From IMG/VR virus record IMGVR_UViG_3300019458_000002, positions 1 through 64,000 of that record: a DNA stretch of 64,000 bases. One strand, 5' to 3'. This stretch comes from a virus. Below are positions 32,338-42,484 of this stretch, one piece after another. The notes under the pieces were generated by a model. It had not been told where the DNA came from. It made no database searches and was given only the letters and a program-made list of their open reading frames with translations. Position numbers and translations under genes: made by a program. Position 1 is the first letter of the stretch; the number at the start of each line of letters is the position of its first letter.

Positions 32338-34268
32338 TATGCGAATTCCGCTGTTACTGTTATAGATAAGGAACCGTTAGCAATTGAAGATGCTTTTGCT
32401 GCAGTTAATTCAATAAGGTCGCCTGCTGCTGTTGTTACGTTGTGTCCTGCATTGGTATCGGAGGCATCACCAATTACGCCTGTTGCTAAGGTACAAGTTA
32501 GGGTTGTTGGTGTACCATTTTTTACAACGGTATAGACAACGCTGTTTCCATTACCGTTTCCTGTATTGTGACGAGCGCGCAAGTTTTTGATAGTGCCTGC
32601 TCTAACTCTCATTCCAATGGCTGCTGTTCCGGTTGTACTAGCATAGTAACCTGGAGTTAAATATCGCGTATCTGCACCAGCCGCTATAGAATCAGCACCC
32701 CATGTCAAATGAGCCCCTGAAGAAGCTAGCCCATCTAAAATGGCCTTGTCTGCTGCACTCATGAAGCCATGAGAAACACCCGCTACGACTAATGCGTGAT
32801 GAGTTTCTACGGTTTGGTTGCCGTGATTGTGACCGTGGTCAGAACGAGCAATTGTTGAGGCTGAACCTTCTGTATTGGATGTACCAATAACTGTAGCAGC
32901 AGCTGTACTAATATCATGCTTATGGTCTTCACGAGCTACATTTGTACTAGTTCCTGCAGCTGCAGCAGCTTTTGTTATGTTAACGGGTGCTCCAGGAGCA
33001 GGGAATGCGTGTCTATGGTCAGAGCGAGAAAGTGAGGTTGCGGCACCATCTGAAGCAGTATCTCCTATGCTTAGAGTTCCGGCTGCAGCTGTACTGATAT
33101 CATGCTTATGGTCTTCTCTAGCTGCATTCTGGCTTGTGCCAGCAGCAGCAGAAGCTCTAGTCACAGCTACTGGCGCGCCAGGGGCTGGGAATGCGTGCTT
33201 ATGGTCAGAACGAGAAACTGAAGAAGCTATACCTTCAGCAGAAGAATCTCCAACTAGGAGTGAGCCAGCAGCAGCTGTACTAATATCATGCTTGTGGTCT
33301 TGTCTTGCGGCTTCTATTGCTACACCCGCCGATGCAGCGGCTTTTGTTACATCAACTGGAGCAGTAGAACTTAGTGGAGTATTGGTTGCACCCGCTGTAA
33401 TGCCGTCGAGCTTAGTCTTGTCAGCTTTATCAAAGAAACCATGACTTACGCCAGCTACTGCTAGTGCATGTTGATTATCTGCGGTTTGAAGACCGTGTGC
33501 GTGAATATGGTCAGAGCGAGCAATGGTAGTAGCTACACCCTCTGAGTTAGCTGCAGCTACTGAAACTGGTGCAGCTGTAGTGATATCATGCTTGTGGTCG
33601 GCGCGTGCAGCATCTGGTGAGACACCAATAACGGCTGCTGCTCGGGTAACGTCCACAGGAGCCACTGATGCCATTTGGACATTTGTAGCACCCGTTGCAA
33701 TACCATTTAGTTTTGTCTTATCAGCCGCAGACATACTACCTGCAGAAGCAGGAGTTGCTGGACTAATCGCTAAAGTCCTGTCTACAGTTAAGTCGCCGCC
33801 ACCTGTAAGAGGGGCCGTTGTATTGATTTGCCGAGATGTGGGAACACCACCTGATACGAAGCCGTCAAGGTTTTCTTTATCTACAGCGGACAAAAATCCA
33901 TTTGCTCCACCTACTCCACCAACGGAAGGAATGGCAACTGCATGAACAGCTGGGTCGGAATGAAAGCCGTGAGCATGGATGTGGTCTGCTCTTGAAAGGC
34001 TTGCAGATGCACCCGTTAGATTTACCGCACCTACATTTGATGGACCAGCAGTCGAAACCTGGTGCCTATGGTCACTACGTGAGAAGAAGCTTGCAGTACC
34101 TGCTACGCCTACGTTAGCATTTACAATGCTAGGCAGGGTTGTAGTAGTAAAGGAAGAGAAGGTTCCTGCATTCAAATATGAGGACAGGGCTAACTTATCG
34201 GAGTCCGAAAGCGACGTAAGCAGGGTTACGAGATAGTGTTTTACAGCTGCGTTTTGTGTGACTGCCAT
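32337..34268 (-). CDS. Tail fibre protein with DHxH and G.MSAADK.KLDGI repeats
   Basis: 643 aa. Ten [SA]R.DH.H units and four G(F/S)(F/L/M)SA.DK..L(D/N)G units, a motif common in phage tail fibres. Confidence 0.7.
   Translation of the reverse strand: MAVTQNAAVKHYLVTLLTSLSDSDKLALSSYLNAGTFSSFTTTTLPSIVNANVGVAGTASFFSRSDHRHQVSTAGPSNVGAVNLTGASASLSRADHIHAHGFHSDPAVHAVAIPSVGGVGGANGFLSAVDKENLDGFVSGGVPTSRQINTTAPLTGGGDLTVDRTLAISPATPASAGSMSAADKTKLNGIATGATNVQMASVAPVDVTRAAAVIGVSPDAARADHKHDITTAAPVSVAAANSEGVATTIARSDHIHAHGLQTADNQHALAVAGVSHGFFDKADKTKLDGITAGATNTPLSSTAPVDVTKAAASAGVAIEAARQDHKHDISTAAAGSLLVGDSSAEGIASSVSRSDHKHAFPAPGAPVAVTRASAAAGTSQNAAREDHKHDISTAAAGTLSIGDTASDGAATSLSRSDHRHAFPAPGAPVNITKAAAAAGTSTNVAREDHKHDISTAAATVIGTSNTEGSASTIARSDHGHNHGNQTVETHHALVVAGVSHGFMSAADKAILDGLASSGAHLTWGADSIAAGADTRYLTPGYYASTTGTAAIGMRVRAGTIKNLRARHNTGNGNGNSVVYTVVKNGTPTTLTCTLATGVIGDASDTNAGHNVTTAAGDLIELTAAKASSIANGSLSITVTAEFA
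32820..34082 (-). repeat. In-frame coding repeat array (10 x [SA]R.DH.H, period about 30-60 aa)
   Basis: SRSDHRHQ, SRADHIHAHG, ARADHKHD, ARSDHIHAHG, ARQDHKHD, SRSDHKHAF, AREDHKHD, SRSDHRHAF, AREDHKHD, ARSDHGHNHG, spanning aa 63-483. Confidence 0.7.
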
Positions 34269-34271
34269 TGT

Positions 34272-35291
34272 TTAAGCTTTCTTATTTACATCTAGGCCAA
34301 TTGGGTCTAGCTCTGCATACCAAGGATTGTCGTCTGTGTCAGATGGGTCTCCAATGAAAGTATCTGTTGTATGACCTACTGCACTGATATTAAGGGGGTT
34401 AATTTTAGTGCCTTGAATACGGGGTGCAACTATCTTTGGCCAGTAGTTTCTGATGTAGCCAGTAATGGTTATGAAGCGCGAGTACGCTAATTCAACGTCT
34501 AGGTTCTGGTTTCTTACGAAGTCACTGGAGGAAATGACACTTCTTTCAAAACCACGACCCTCTAGTAAAGCTTCCTTGTAGGCTAGAAGAACAAAGACCA
34601 TAATAGAATGTAGGTAAGTCAGATTGACGGGCTCTCCTAATGAGTGGCAACCAATACGATAAGTCTCTTTAAATGACAAACTTTCTAAGCTCGTAATTAG
34701 CACAGGACGATGGCTACGAATGGTTACTTGGCTGAAGTCGGCAAGTGTTGATGGATTAACTTTGACTGTATTATAATCAACAACTTCTTGGACCGCGAAT
34801 GAGTTGCCTACACGGTCTACAATAAACATATTGGTATTGAAATCGACTATTCCGGCAATCGAGTCAGGCACAATCATGACCCCAGTTTGTAAGTTGTATG
34901 AAACTGGGTCAAAGGGTCCAAAGAGAACTGGCCAAGTGGCTTCAGTTTCTTCATATGGGACATAATGAGTGTCAGCAAGCGTGTTCTCAGCTTCTGAAGA
35001 TTCCACTAGCTGTATTGAAATGCATGGGAGCTTGGATTCGCCTGGACGATAATCCATGAACACAGGAATGTCTGTGGACAGAAACCATTCCTTAGCTCTC
35101 TTGACTTCCTGTTCACCGTAAGCAGATGCAGTCAATGTGTCTTGAGGCAATGATGCAAACACCTGGTTTAGTAGCCATGGAGACTCCCGAAGACTGGCAA
35201 TGCCCGTGAGCAAAGCCGTCCGAATCAGGATGTCGGATTGGTGTATTCCGAGTATCTCTGAGTTACTGCTTGGGGCTGGAGTTTCTAGCAT
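34272..35291 (-). CDS. Baseplate-region structural protein
   Basis: 339 aa. Call rests on position between the fibre and the lysin genes only. Confidence 0.5.
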   Translation of the reverse strand: MLETPAPSSNSEILGIHQSDILIRTALLTGIASLRESPWLLNQVFASLPQDTLTASAYGEQEVKRAKEWFLSTDIPVFMDYRPGESKLPCISIQLVESSEAENTLADTHYVPYEETEATWPVLFGPFDPVSYNLQTGVMIVPDSIAGIVDFNTNMFIVDRVGNSFAVQEVVDYNTVKVNPSTLADFSQVTIRSHRPVLITSLESLSFKETYRIGCHSLGEPVNLTYLHSIMVFVLLAYKEALLEGRGFERSVISSSDFVRNQNLDVELAYSRFITITGYIRNYWPKIVAPRIQGTKINPLNISAVGHTTDTFIGDPSDTDDNPWYAELDPIGLDVNKKA

Positions 35292-35751
35292 TTAGGAACC
35301 GTAATAAAGATTGTGGGTCAGTGTTTTCAGGAATTAGTATCTCGCTTCCTGGATACTTAATGGCTTGCAATAAGCTGACGGCTATTTCGGAACAAAAGAA
35401 TGCCTTCTTGCTGGCAAATGGGTTACGTATACGCCGCCTGAATATTCTGGCAATTTGAACAAATGCTTGTCCCAATAGCCCCCCATAGTCATACGGTGTA
35501 TCTAGCCAACTGGAAAGCACCACAAGCACCTCTTCCTCTTGAGGAAGGTCGAATGACTCAACTATGACGCAGTCTTCTAACATGCGCTCTAAAGTCCTAA
35601 TATGAAAGCCTGTACTGATAGCTTCCAATACCATTTCCTTCTTGAAGGCCTTGTCGTAATAGACAAAGGCTACGTGACTGACCTTGGACCTGGTTATAAA
35701 GCGTATGGTTCGTGATAACCAGCTATTGCTAGCGGTGAACACAATCCTCAT
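35263..35751 (-). CDS. Permuted papain-fold (YiiX/C92, NlpC/P60-like) peptidase, probable tail-associated lysin
   Basis: 162 aa. His context SKVSHVAFVYYD lies upstream of Cys context KAFFCSEIAVSLL. Confidence 0.5.
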   Translation of the reverse strand: MRIVFTASNSWLSRTIRFITRSKVSHVAFVYYDKAFKKEMVLEAISTGFHIRTLERMLEDCVIVESFDLPQEEEVLVVLSSWLDTPYDYGGLLGQAFVQIARIFRRRIRNPFASKKAFFCSEIAVSLLQAIKYPGSEILIPENTDPQSLLRFLNARNSSPKQ

Positions 35752-35754
35752 GGC

Positions 35755-36270
35755 TTATACAGGAATTCTAGTAAATGGATTTGTTGTAGTAGCTGAGCCT
35801 GCAGCGTCTTTAAGGTCGAACTTAACTAGGGGTGTAATATCGTCATCGTCAAAAACAACTAGGCGATTGGCATCAGGGCCTGAAGTAAAGATTTGCCACT
35901 TATTAGTAGAAATCTTTCTGACTAGGTCTGAGTCAACGCTAAGAGTTTCAACTTGGCCTGTAATGACAGTAGGCAAGAATTGGCCTCCGTCTGGCATCGC
36001 ACTCAATTGAAGAGTCCCAACTACGTTGGTAGCAGTTAAAGGCACTAGTACGTGATACAGTCCTGGAGCCGCAGATGAAGAAATTTCAAAGAAGTTTACG
36101 CCAGCTACAAGAATAATGGTTGCAAGAGTTCCATTGCCTTTTACAACGGTTACATTACCTTGAGTTGTACCATCATTGAAATCGGTAGGCACAAGACCAG
36201 CTACACCACTGCCTGCAACGTCGATACATCTTACGGGAAGGCGGATTGCAGTGTCTTTTCTGATTATCAT
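35755..36270 (-). CDS. Structural-region protein
   Basis: 171 aa, beta-rich. C-terminal NRLVVFDDDDITPLVKFDLKDAAG. Confidence 0.55.
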   Translation of the reverse strand: MIIRKDTAIRLPVRCIDVAGSGVAGLVPTDFNDGTTQGNVTVVKGNGTLATIILVAGVNFFEISSSAAPGLYHVLVPLTATNVVGTLQLSAMPDGGQFLPTVITGQVETLSVDSDLVRKISTNKWQIFTSGPDANRLVVFDDDDITPLVKFDLKDAAGSATTTNPFTRIPV

Positions 36271-36632
36271 TAAACCTTCTCCATACCTTTATTGAAACGC
36301 TTGGGGTCATTGCCAACAGGGCTTCCTTCTATAGTAAAGAAGGTAACCTCTGAACCTCTGGGGTCGGCGGCTCTTCGTGAATTAGCCCCCATAACAGATT
36401 GGTCAAATGCATCTTCTCCTAACTGCCCAGGATTGGTTCTTTGTGAATTATATTGCATATCTCCAGGCTCAAAGGCTTCATCTGCAAAATGGGCCGGATT
36501 TGTTCTTAGTGAATTGTATTGTAGGTCTGATGGTTTAAATGCCTCAGCAGCAGCATGTTCTGCTGGAGTGCTGGCAGAGCTATATTGTAAGTCTGCGGGA
36601 GAAAACGCTACTGAACCATCTGCTTCAGCCAT
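36270..36632 (-). CDS. Small protein with three tandem AF.P.D(L/M)QYNS.RTNP repeats
   Basis: I prefer ATG 36632 (TAATG overlap) over the track start at 36662. Repeats: AFSPADLQYSSASTP, AFKPSDLQYNSLRTNP, AFEPGDMQYNSQRTNP. Confidence 0.5.
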   Translation of the reverse strand: MAEADGSVAFSPADLQYSSASTPAEHAAAEAFKPSDLQYNSLRTNPAHFADEAFEPGDMQYNSQRTNPGQLGEDAFDQSVMGANSRRAADPRGSEVTFFTIEGSPVGNDPKRFNKGMEKV

Positions 36633-37612
36633 TAAGCGGTCTCTATAATGGAGCCATTCCAAGGCAGGACCATGTTGCAGGAACTGCCCTTCAACATGAC
36701 AAACTGTCTAGTGGCATTATTAGGAAATGTCGTTACATCACCCAAAGTCTGAGAAGTTACCCACGCATCTACAAAGCTACCAAAACGCCCATGCTCAGAG
36801 TTGCCGCCACCAGCTAGAATTTGAAATCCAACTGGAGACAATATATACGAATTGTCTAGTGTGCTTAATTGTCCACCTGTATCAGTATAAAGAAGTGGGC
36901 CACCAAAAATTCGGGCTTCCGTAGTGCATGCCCCATTTTGACGGAGATTGCTTACATGCGCATAGACTTCACTGCTAGATATCAAGTTTCCTAGTCCTGC
37001 ATCATAACGAACAGCAGCAATATGCGGATTTGTCCAACCACCTGTAGGCAAGAGTGGGAGCATGATGGCTCCACCGTGCTCAGCAACATCGGCCTGATAG
37101 TATTGCCAATACGTTGCTGAACCATCAGTTGCTTGCCAAACATGAAGACGATGCTGAACAGCTATTGTCGAGAACCAGTTAAAGCATTGATTTGGGAAAG
37201 CCTGATGTATTGCTCCTAATGCAAATTCATCTGTAGCTGTTGGACGTGTAGAGGCGGTTCCTCCCGAAAAGCCCGTATAAGAGGCCAGGATATAAGCTCG
37301 CGTATCTAGGGCTGTGGTATTGTCCATACCAATAACAATTTCAAAGGCTGCAGCAATTCCTGTTTGTCGTAGCTGAATCCAAGAACCTGACCCACCTGAA
37401 CCTGGAACAAGGTCGGCTATCGTTGACCAGGTATCACCGCCTGAAGCGGTAGTATTGCCTGAATCCTGGACCGTCCAAGGAGAAAGAGCAAAGCCCTTTA
37501 AACTGTTTTTTAGAGCTAAAATAGCTCCACGAGTTAAGATGCTTGCGTCAACGCCGGTAATAGTTTGATTTACGTCAAATTGCCAGGTTTTGGCCAATGT
37601 AGGTAGTGCCAT
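36632..37612 (-). CDS. Structural-region protein (beta-rich, lectin-like composition)
   Basis: 326 aa. AAGGAAA lies before the ATG, preceded by an AACAATC motif. Confidence 0.55.
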   Translation of the reverse strand: MALPTLAKTWQFDVNQTITGVDASILTRGAILALKNSLKGFALSPWTVQDSGNTTASGGDTWSTIADLVPGSGGSGSWIQLRQTGIAAAFEIVIGMDNTTALDTRAYILASYTGFSGGTASTRPTATDEFALGAIHQAFPNQCFNWFSTIAVQHRLHVWQATDGSATYWQYYQADVAEHGGAIMLPLLPTGGWTNPHIAAVRYDAGLGNLISSSEVYAHVSNLRQNGACTTEARIFGGPLLYTDTGGQLSTLDNSYILSPVGFQILAGGGNSEHGRFGSFVDAWVTSQTLGDVTTFPNNATRQFVMLKGSSCNMVLPWNGSIIETA

Positions 37613-37637
37613 TATGTTTCCTTATTTCCTAAACTGA

Positions 37638-37648
37638 AGATTGTTACT
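37638..37648 (-). promoter_or_regulatory. AACAATC motif (candidate late-promoter element)
   Basis: Plus strand AGATTGTTACT, 26-36 nt upstream of the start at 37612. Confidence 0.3.
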
Positions 37649-37655
37649 TAGACCT

Positions 37656-38015
37656 TTATTCTTCGATTTCTTCTACATACACTGGAGGTAAAACACCTAC
37701 AGTAACCAAATACTCTTCAGCGACTGTGTCCGAGGGCTCTGAGCCAGTGCCCAAAGTTGTTTGTGCGCTATCGAAGTAAGTTAGGTTTTCCGTGTCATAA
37801 GCTTCTACTACGGCAGCATCAGGAGTACGCCCTTGAGCATAGTCTTCCTTAATTCGGAGCGCCTTTGACACTCCGTTTCTAAGTTCGACGTAGTCGGTGC
37901 CTTCCCAATGCGTGTTTTCATTTACGATGTAAACGTGGAAAACGACGATTTCTTGGGTTTCGTCATAAACCCGACGAGTAACTTGCAATTTATGATTGGC
38001 TGTGATTTGGTACAT
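37656..38015 (-). CDS. Hypothetical structural-region protein
   Basis: 119 aa, downstream of the three fibre paralogs. Confidence 0.55.
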   Translation of the reverse strand: MYQITANHKLQVTRRVYDETQEIVVFHVYIVNENTHWEGTDYVELRNGVSKALRIKEDYAQGRTPDAAVVEAYDTENLTYFDSAQTTLGTGSEPSDTVAEEYLVTVGVLPPVYVEEIEE

Positions 38016-38024
38016 GTGATTTCC

Positions 38025-40259
38025 TTATGGAAGATTGTCAGCGGGAACAGAGAGCATTTCTGGTTCAAAGCTCGTTAAAATGTAATTGACTCCACCTGTT
38101 GTTCTCCAGGTCATTGCGTGACCTAACCTTCGCTTTTGGTTTGTTCCAGACAAAGTTGGAACTGCAACCTGAGCATTTCCAGGTGTAGAAGTCGATAGGT
38201 AAACTATGTCTCCTGTGGCAGCAGGTAAGTCGTCACTTCTAACCCATTGAACACCCTCTGTCTGGCCTCTGAATCCAGCACTTAATTCACCATTAACTGT
38301 TCCGTCATCGCATCGGCTAGTAGCCAAAACCAAAGTTCCCGATGCATTTGCAGCAGTAGAAGCATCAGCCAAAGCACAATCAACAATGCGCGGTTGAAAG
38401 GCTCCAGTTCCAGTAGCCCTTGCTATCTGAAATCTCTCTATGAAGGGCGCAGTTGTGTCATTAAAGTAAATGTTTGGTGTAGGAATCGCTACTACATATG
38501 TGGAAGAAGTATTGAAGTTTTCTTCAGCTGTTGGATAAAATACGTTATTTGCTTCATCACGAATTTCTCCATAAAGAGAATCAAAGGTATTCCACGATGG
38601 GGTCGCTGAACCGTTATTATCAACAACTACCCCCCCGCCTCCAACAAAACTAGTGCTATCTCCCCTGAGATATGTGCTAGGTGGACCAAAGGCAGAAAGA
38701 TTAACTATATTGTTCCTTCCCACTATATAAAATCCGGTTTGTGAAAAAGACCTAGTATCATGAAAATTATGGAGCAAAAATTTACCGTTGTCACAGTATG
38801 CCCTAATCGCTTCGGAGTTGCCTCCATCCATAAAAGAGTCATTTAGCTCTATGGAGATTGGGATTCTTGCTGTAAATCCCAAGTCAACGCTAATTTGATT
38901 TCGGAATCTAGAGTTGCTTACGGTTAAAAACAGAGGTCTTTTAATTGTAAAGAATGAAATGGTACTTAAAATGGAATCTAAAAACGTAATATTTCTAACG
39001 TCTTCAAGCACAGTATGCTGCGCAGAAACGAAGGATGTTGCTGTAAAATTTTCTAAGTCAGTAAGAAGGAGGCTTCCTCCTAGGTTTTTGTATCCTATAC
39101 CAATAGAACGAGCAACGGGTGATGTATCTATGGTTATCCAAGTAGGAGAAACTTGTAGTGCCGCGCATCTCTGCCATCGAGGGCTTCTGCCCTGACATCC
39201 CACAATAGAAGTAACCTGTCCTACTCCCAAAAAGTTGAATAGCTGGGTTCCAGATGCAGTTACCCTTATTCCACCAACCTGACCTAAATTTAATGGATTG
39301 GCTGCCTCATTAATAGAGGTAGATACGACTACGTTGCTAAATCCAACACCAGGCTCCTCTATGTACCAGAAGTCATTTGTAGGGTCCACAATAGATGGAC
39401 CAGGTACAATTGTGCTAGTTGTTAGTTTTTGTGGAAGAAACACAGTATTTCTATTTGCAACAGTTGTGTTTGCAATATCCCCTCTCCAACGCCATCCAAA
39501 GGATGTAGTTTCAGTAGGAATTGCTGCCGCTGAGCCGTCTGCTTTTACGACCTTCCAAATAGTTACAGTCCCACCACAAGCTGACATGTCGGGAAAGGCT
39601 GTACCATCAGAACTTGTGTTAGTCCCGTCTAACTCAAAGTGAGTTGAGTCTATTACAGTGATAGTCCAAGTGGTGTTGATGTAGCAAAACAGACCTAAGG
39701 CATCTAATGCCCCCGATATTTGAACTGCCTGACCAGAAGTAAACGTTACAGTTCCATCATGCTCAACTTCTACGGGTGCCGCATTTGTAGCGCCTACAAT
39801 GGTTGCGGTCTCTTTAGTGATTCTATAGCCAGCTGTATTTGTACCAGTTGAACGCCTAAACCCCATCATAATGTGGTCATTAGCATCACCAGCAAATGCT
39901 ACGGAGCTAGCTGTAGTGTCTGTGACAGTACCTCTGATACCCCAGCGGGAATATCCAGAAAAGTCCGTGTAATCAAGGACGGCATCAGCTGTATTTGCTG
40001 CATTTCTATATGCTACACCACCAGCGCGTTGCTTAATGGCTACCTCAAACATGCGGCCATTACCTTCTTTGGGCAATATATCTAATAGACCTTCCCAAGT
40101 TTTCTTTGCTACGGCTCCCGCAGTAGCTAGGTCTACGTCAGAGTAACCTAGGTTTGCATCGTTACCGCTGTCATAATCGACAGCAAATCTACGAACGGTA
40201 GTTGTGGGCCAATTTGCTCCACGAACCTTATTTATTTCTAGTCTAGTTAGCTCGGCCAT
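38025..40259 (-). CDS. Receptor-binding tail fibre/spike, paralog A
   Basis: 744 aa. N-terminal RRFAVDYDSGNDANLGYSDVDLATAGAVAKKTWEGLLDILP. C-terminal GDIVYLSTSTPGNAQ...SGTNQKRRLG. Confidence 0.65.
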   Translation of the reverse strand: MAELTRLEINKVRGANWPTTTVRRFAVDYDSGNDANLGYSDVDLATAGAVAKKTWEGLLDILPKEGNGRMFEVAIKQRAGGVAYRNAANTADAVLDYTDFSGYSRWGIRGTVTDTTASSVAFAGDANDHIMMGFRRSTGTNTAGYRITKETATIVGATNAAPVEVEHDGTVTFTSGQAVQISGALDALGLFCYINTTWTITVIDSTHFELDGTNTSSDGTAFPDMSACGGTVTIWKVVKADGSAAAIPTETTSFGWRWRGDIANTTVANRNTVFLPQKLTTSTIVPGPSIVDPTNDFWYIEEPGVGFSNVVVSTSINEAANPLNLGQVGGIRVTASGTQLFNFLGVGQVTSIVGCQGRSPRWQRCAALQVSPTWITIDTSPVARSIGIGYKNLGGSLLLTDLENFTATSFVSAQHTVLEDVRNITFLDSILSTISFFTIKRPLFLTVSNSRFRNQISVDLGFTARIPISIELNDSFMDGGNSEAIRAYCDNGKFLLHNFHDTRSFSQTGFYIVGRNNIVNLSAFGPPSTYLRGDSTSFVGGGGVVVDNNGSATPSWNTFDSLYGEIRDEANNVFYPTAEENFNTSSTYVVAIPTPNIYFNDTTAPFIERFQIARATGTGAFQPRIVDCALADASTAANASGTLVLATSRCDDGTVNGELSAGFRGQTEGVQWVRSDDLPAATGDIVYLSTSTPGNAQVAVPTLSGTNQKRRLGHAMTWRTTGGVNYILTSFEPEMLSVPADNLP

Positions 40260-40261
40260 GG

Positions 40262-42484
40262 TTATGGATTCCCGTCTGCATCAGCGGATAGTATTTCTGG
40301 AGCCCAACGTAAGAGCACCATGTTTGAACCTGTTGTTGTATCGACTCGTATTGCCTGACCTAACCTTCGCTTTTGATTCGTTCCTGAAACCACAGGAATT
40401 GTCTTTTGAGCATTGCCTGCAGTTGCGGTAGATAAATACATCATATCGCCAATTACAGGGACATCGTCTGAAATTACCCAGACGTAGCCTGAACCAACGG
40501 CTACTATGTAACCCAAGGCTGTCGTAGAGGCGTGGCTCATCGCTACCATTAGGTTTCCCAATGCATTAGCAACTGTATCTGCTCTTGCAAGCCCTACGTC
40601 TTCAACAATACCAGTTCCTGTGGCCTTTACGATTGAGTAGCGAGGCACAGCTGCTACGCCATTATTTCTGAACAAGGCAGGGCCATCTGTAGTAACTCCT
40701 TGGCTTATTCTGGGGGTGCTTAGGGTATTTGTATCAGAAGTCAGTATAGAAACTCGATTGCCATTTAGGTCACGAGCATCAGCAAGGAACAAATCTACAG
40801 AACGAAATCCAATGGTTAGGGCTCCAGAATTCCCCATAGCAATTTGGCCAGGTGTACCTAAGCTACCTAAATTAGTTCCTCCACGGAAGTAGACGCCACG
40901 CTTACCGAAATTAAGTACGTTGTCATTACCAGTAATTCGAATGCCCGCTCGTGTAGTAGAGGCTTCTGTTGTAGAAGGCCTTTGGTCGTTGATTTTGTTG
41001 AAGAACCAAGCTTGGTTTCTTCCGTTGATAATTATGGCAGGAACTGGTCCTTCAAACTGACAAACATCAAGAGCGCCATTAGATGCACTCACATTGATTG
41101 TGCGCGTAAACCTACACTTTGAAAAGATAGAGTTGGAGTCACCGCAGTTAACAAGGGAAAGGAGTGCGTGTTCTGTGCTGCATACAGCTGGAGAAAAGGC
41201 ATATGTGTCACACTGTACAAAGTCGCACTCTTCTCCGAAAACAACACCCTGTAAGTTCAATAGGCGCACACGATTAGCTGACAAGAAACCGCCACTAAGA
41301 AATCCACCAACCGAAATATTCACCCCTGGCTTATTTCTCCACGTCTGGGACGCATTTGCCGAAAATATGTTCGCAAATGCTGTACCCCCACCAGTATCTC
41401 TACATCCAATTAATGAGACTGAGCCCAATACACCATTTGCCTCAATGCTAGATGCGCTAATGCCACCCATTTGTATGCCAGTAAGCACACCTAAGCCTGC
41501 ACCAGTTACGCTATTGCCCAGCTGAACGGAGCCAAATAGAACGCCTGGTTCCTCTAGGTACCAGATGTCTCCAGCTGCAGAAATAAACACACCTCCATCA
41601 GGAACTGGGACAAGGGTATCTACGCCATTAGCGTATAGTGAAGATGTCTTGTTTCTGTTTGCAACCGTAACCGTGGCTACATCTCCACGAATACGCCACC
41701 CCAGAGAAGTGAATGATTCAGATGGTAACGTGGCAGGGCTTGAATCTGCATTCGTAACCTTATATCTTGTTATAGTTCCACCGCATGCAGTCAAAGAGGG
41801 GAATGTAATTGCGTCTGAATTGGTCAGAGAAATATGTGTGCCATCAACTGCAGCTAAAACTGTCCAGACGTTAGCATTGATGTAGGCATTAGCATCCCCA
41901 GCTGTAGAGGCTGCATCCTTTGCTCCTGATATAACAATTCTTTCACCAGCTACGAACGTAAGAACTCCGTCATGTTCAACAACAACAGGAGTTGCGTTAG
42001 TCGCACCAACAATGGCAGCAGTTGCCTTCGTAATTTTGTAGCCAGCTACATTTGAGCCTGTGCCAGGCTGATGGCCCATGCAAATCTCGTCATTTACATC
42101 GCCAGCAAAGGCCACAGACCCCGCCGAAGCAACAGTCTTTGTGCCTCTGATGAGGATACGAACATAGTTATTAAAACCACGAATATCAAGCATTGCGTCT
42201 TCTGTATCAGCAGCGTTACGGTACACAGCACCAGCTGCGCGAGCTTTGACAATAATCTCAACCTGACGTCCTGCACCCGCTTGCGGCAAAATTGCCTGTA
42301 AACCCTCCCAGGTTTTCTTAGCAACCGCTCCAGCAGTAGGCACATCAACATCTGAGTAACCTAGGTTGGTATCGCTACCTGCATCGTAGTCAACAGCGTA
42401 ATAACGAAAATCGGCAACTGGCCAGGAAGCGCTTTGAACTGCGCCCTGTATCTTTGCTTTTTGAGCTTGAGTAATCTCAGCCAT
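40262..42484 (-). CDS. Receptor-binding tail fibre/spike, paralog B
   Basis: 740 aa. N-terminal RYYAVDYDAGSDTNLGYSDVDVPTAGAVAKKTWEGLQAILP. C-terminal GDMMYLSTATAGNAQ...SGTNQKRRLG. Confidence 0.65.
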   Translation of the reverse strand: MAEITQAQKAKIQGAVQSASWPVADFRYYAVDYDAGSDTNLGYSDVDVPTAGAVAKKTWEGLQAILPQAGAGRQVEIIVKARAAGAVYRNAADTEDAMLDIRGFNNYVRILIRGTKTVASAGSVAFAGDVNDEICMGHQPGTGSNVAGYKITKATAAIVGATNATPVVVEHDGVLTFVAGERIVISGAKDAASTAGDANAYINANVWTVLAAVDGTHISLTNSDAITFPSLTACGGTITRYKVTNADSSPATLPSESFTSLGWRIRGDVATVTVANRNKTSSLYANGVDTLVPVPDGGVFISAAGDIWYLEEPGVLFGSVQLGNSVTGAGLGVLTGIQMGGISASSIEANGVLGSVSLIGCRDTGGGTAFANIFSANASQTWRNKPGVNISVGGFLSGGFLSANRVRLLNLQGVVFGEECDFVQCDTYAFSPAVCSTEHALLSLVNCGDSNSIFSKCRFTRTINVSASNGALDVCQFEGPVPAIIINGRNQAWFFNKINDQRPSTTEASTTRAGIRITGNDNVLNFGKRGVYFRGGTNLGSLGTPGQIAMGNSGALTIGFRSVDLFLADARDLNGNRVSILTSDTNTLSTPRISQGVTTDGPALFRNNGVAAVPRYSIVKATGTGIVEDVGLARADTVANALGNLMVAMSHASTTALGYIVAVGSGYVWVISDDVPVIGDMMYLSTATAGNAQKTIPVVSGTNQKRRLGQAIRVDTTTGSNMVLLRWAPEILSADADGNP

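Noticed and set aside
32875-33945. Plus-strand ORFs 32875..33444, 33523..33945, 33836..34117 and 33979..34236
   Set aside because: They are antisense to the repeat-rich fibre gene. Their internal repeats (ISCLWS...) are only the reverse-frame echo of the DHxH repeats.
32820-34082. CRISPR-like or tandem DNA repeat array
   Set aside because: The periodicity is in-frame coding repeats within one long ORF. No repeat-spacer structure occurs anywhere in the window.
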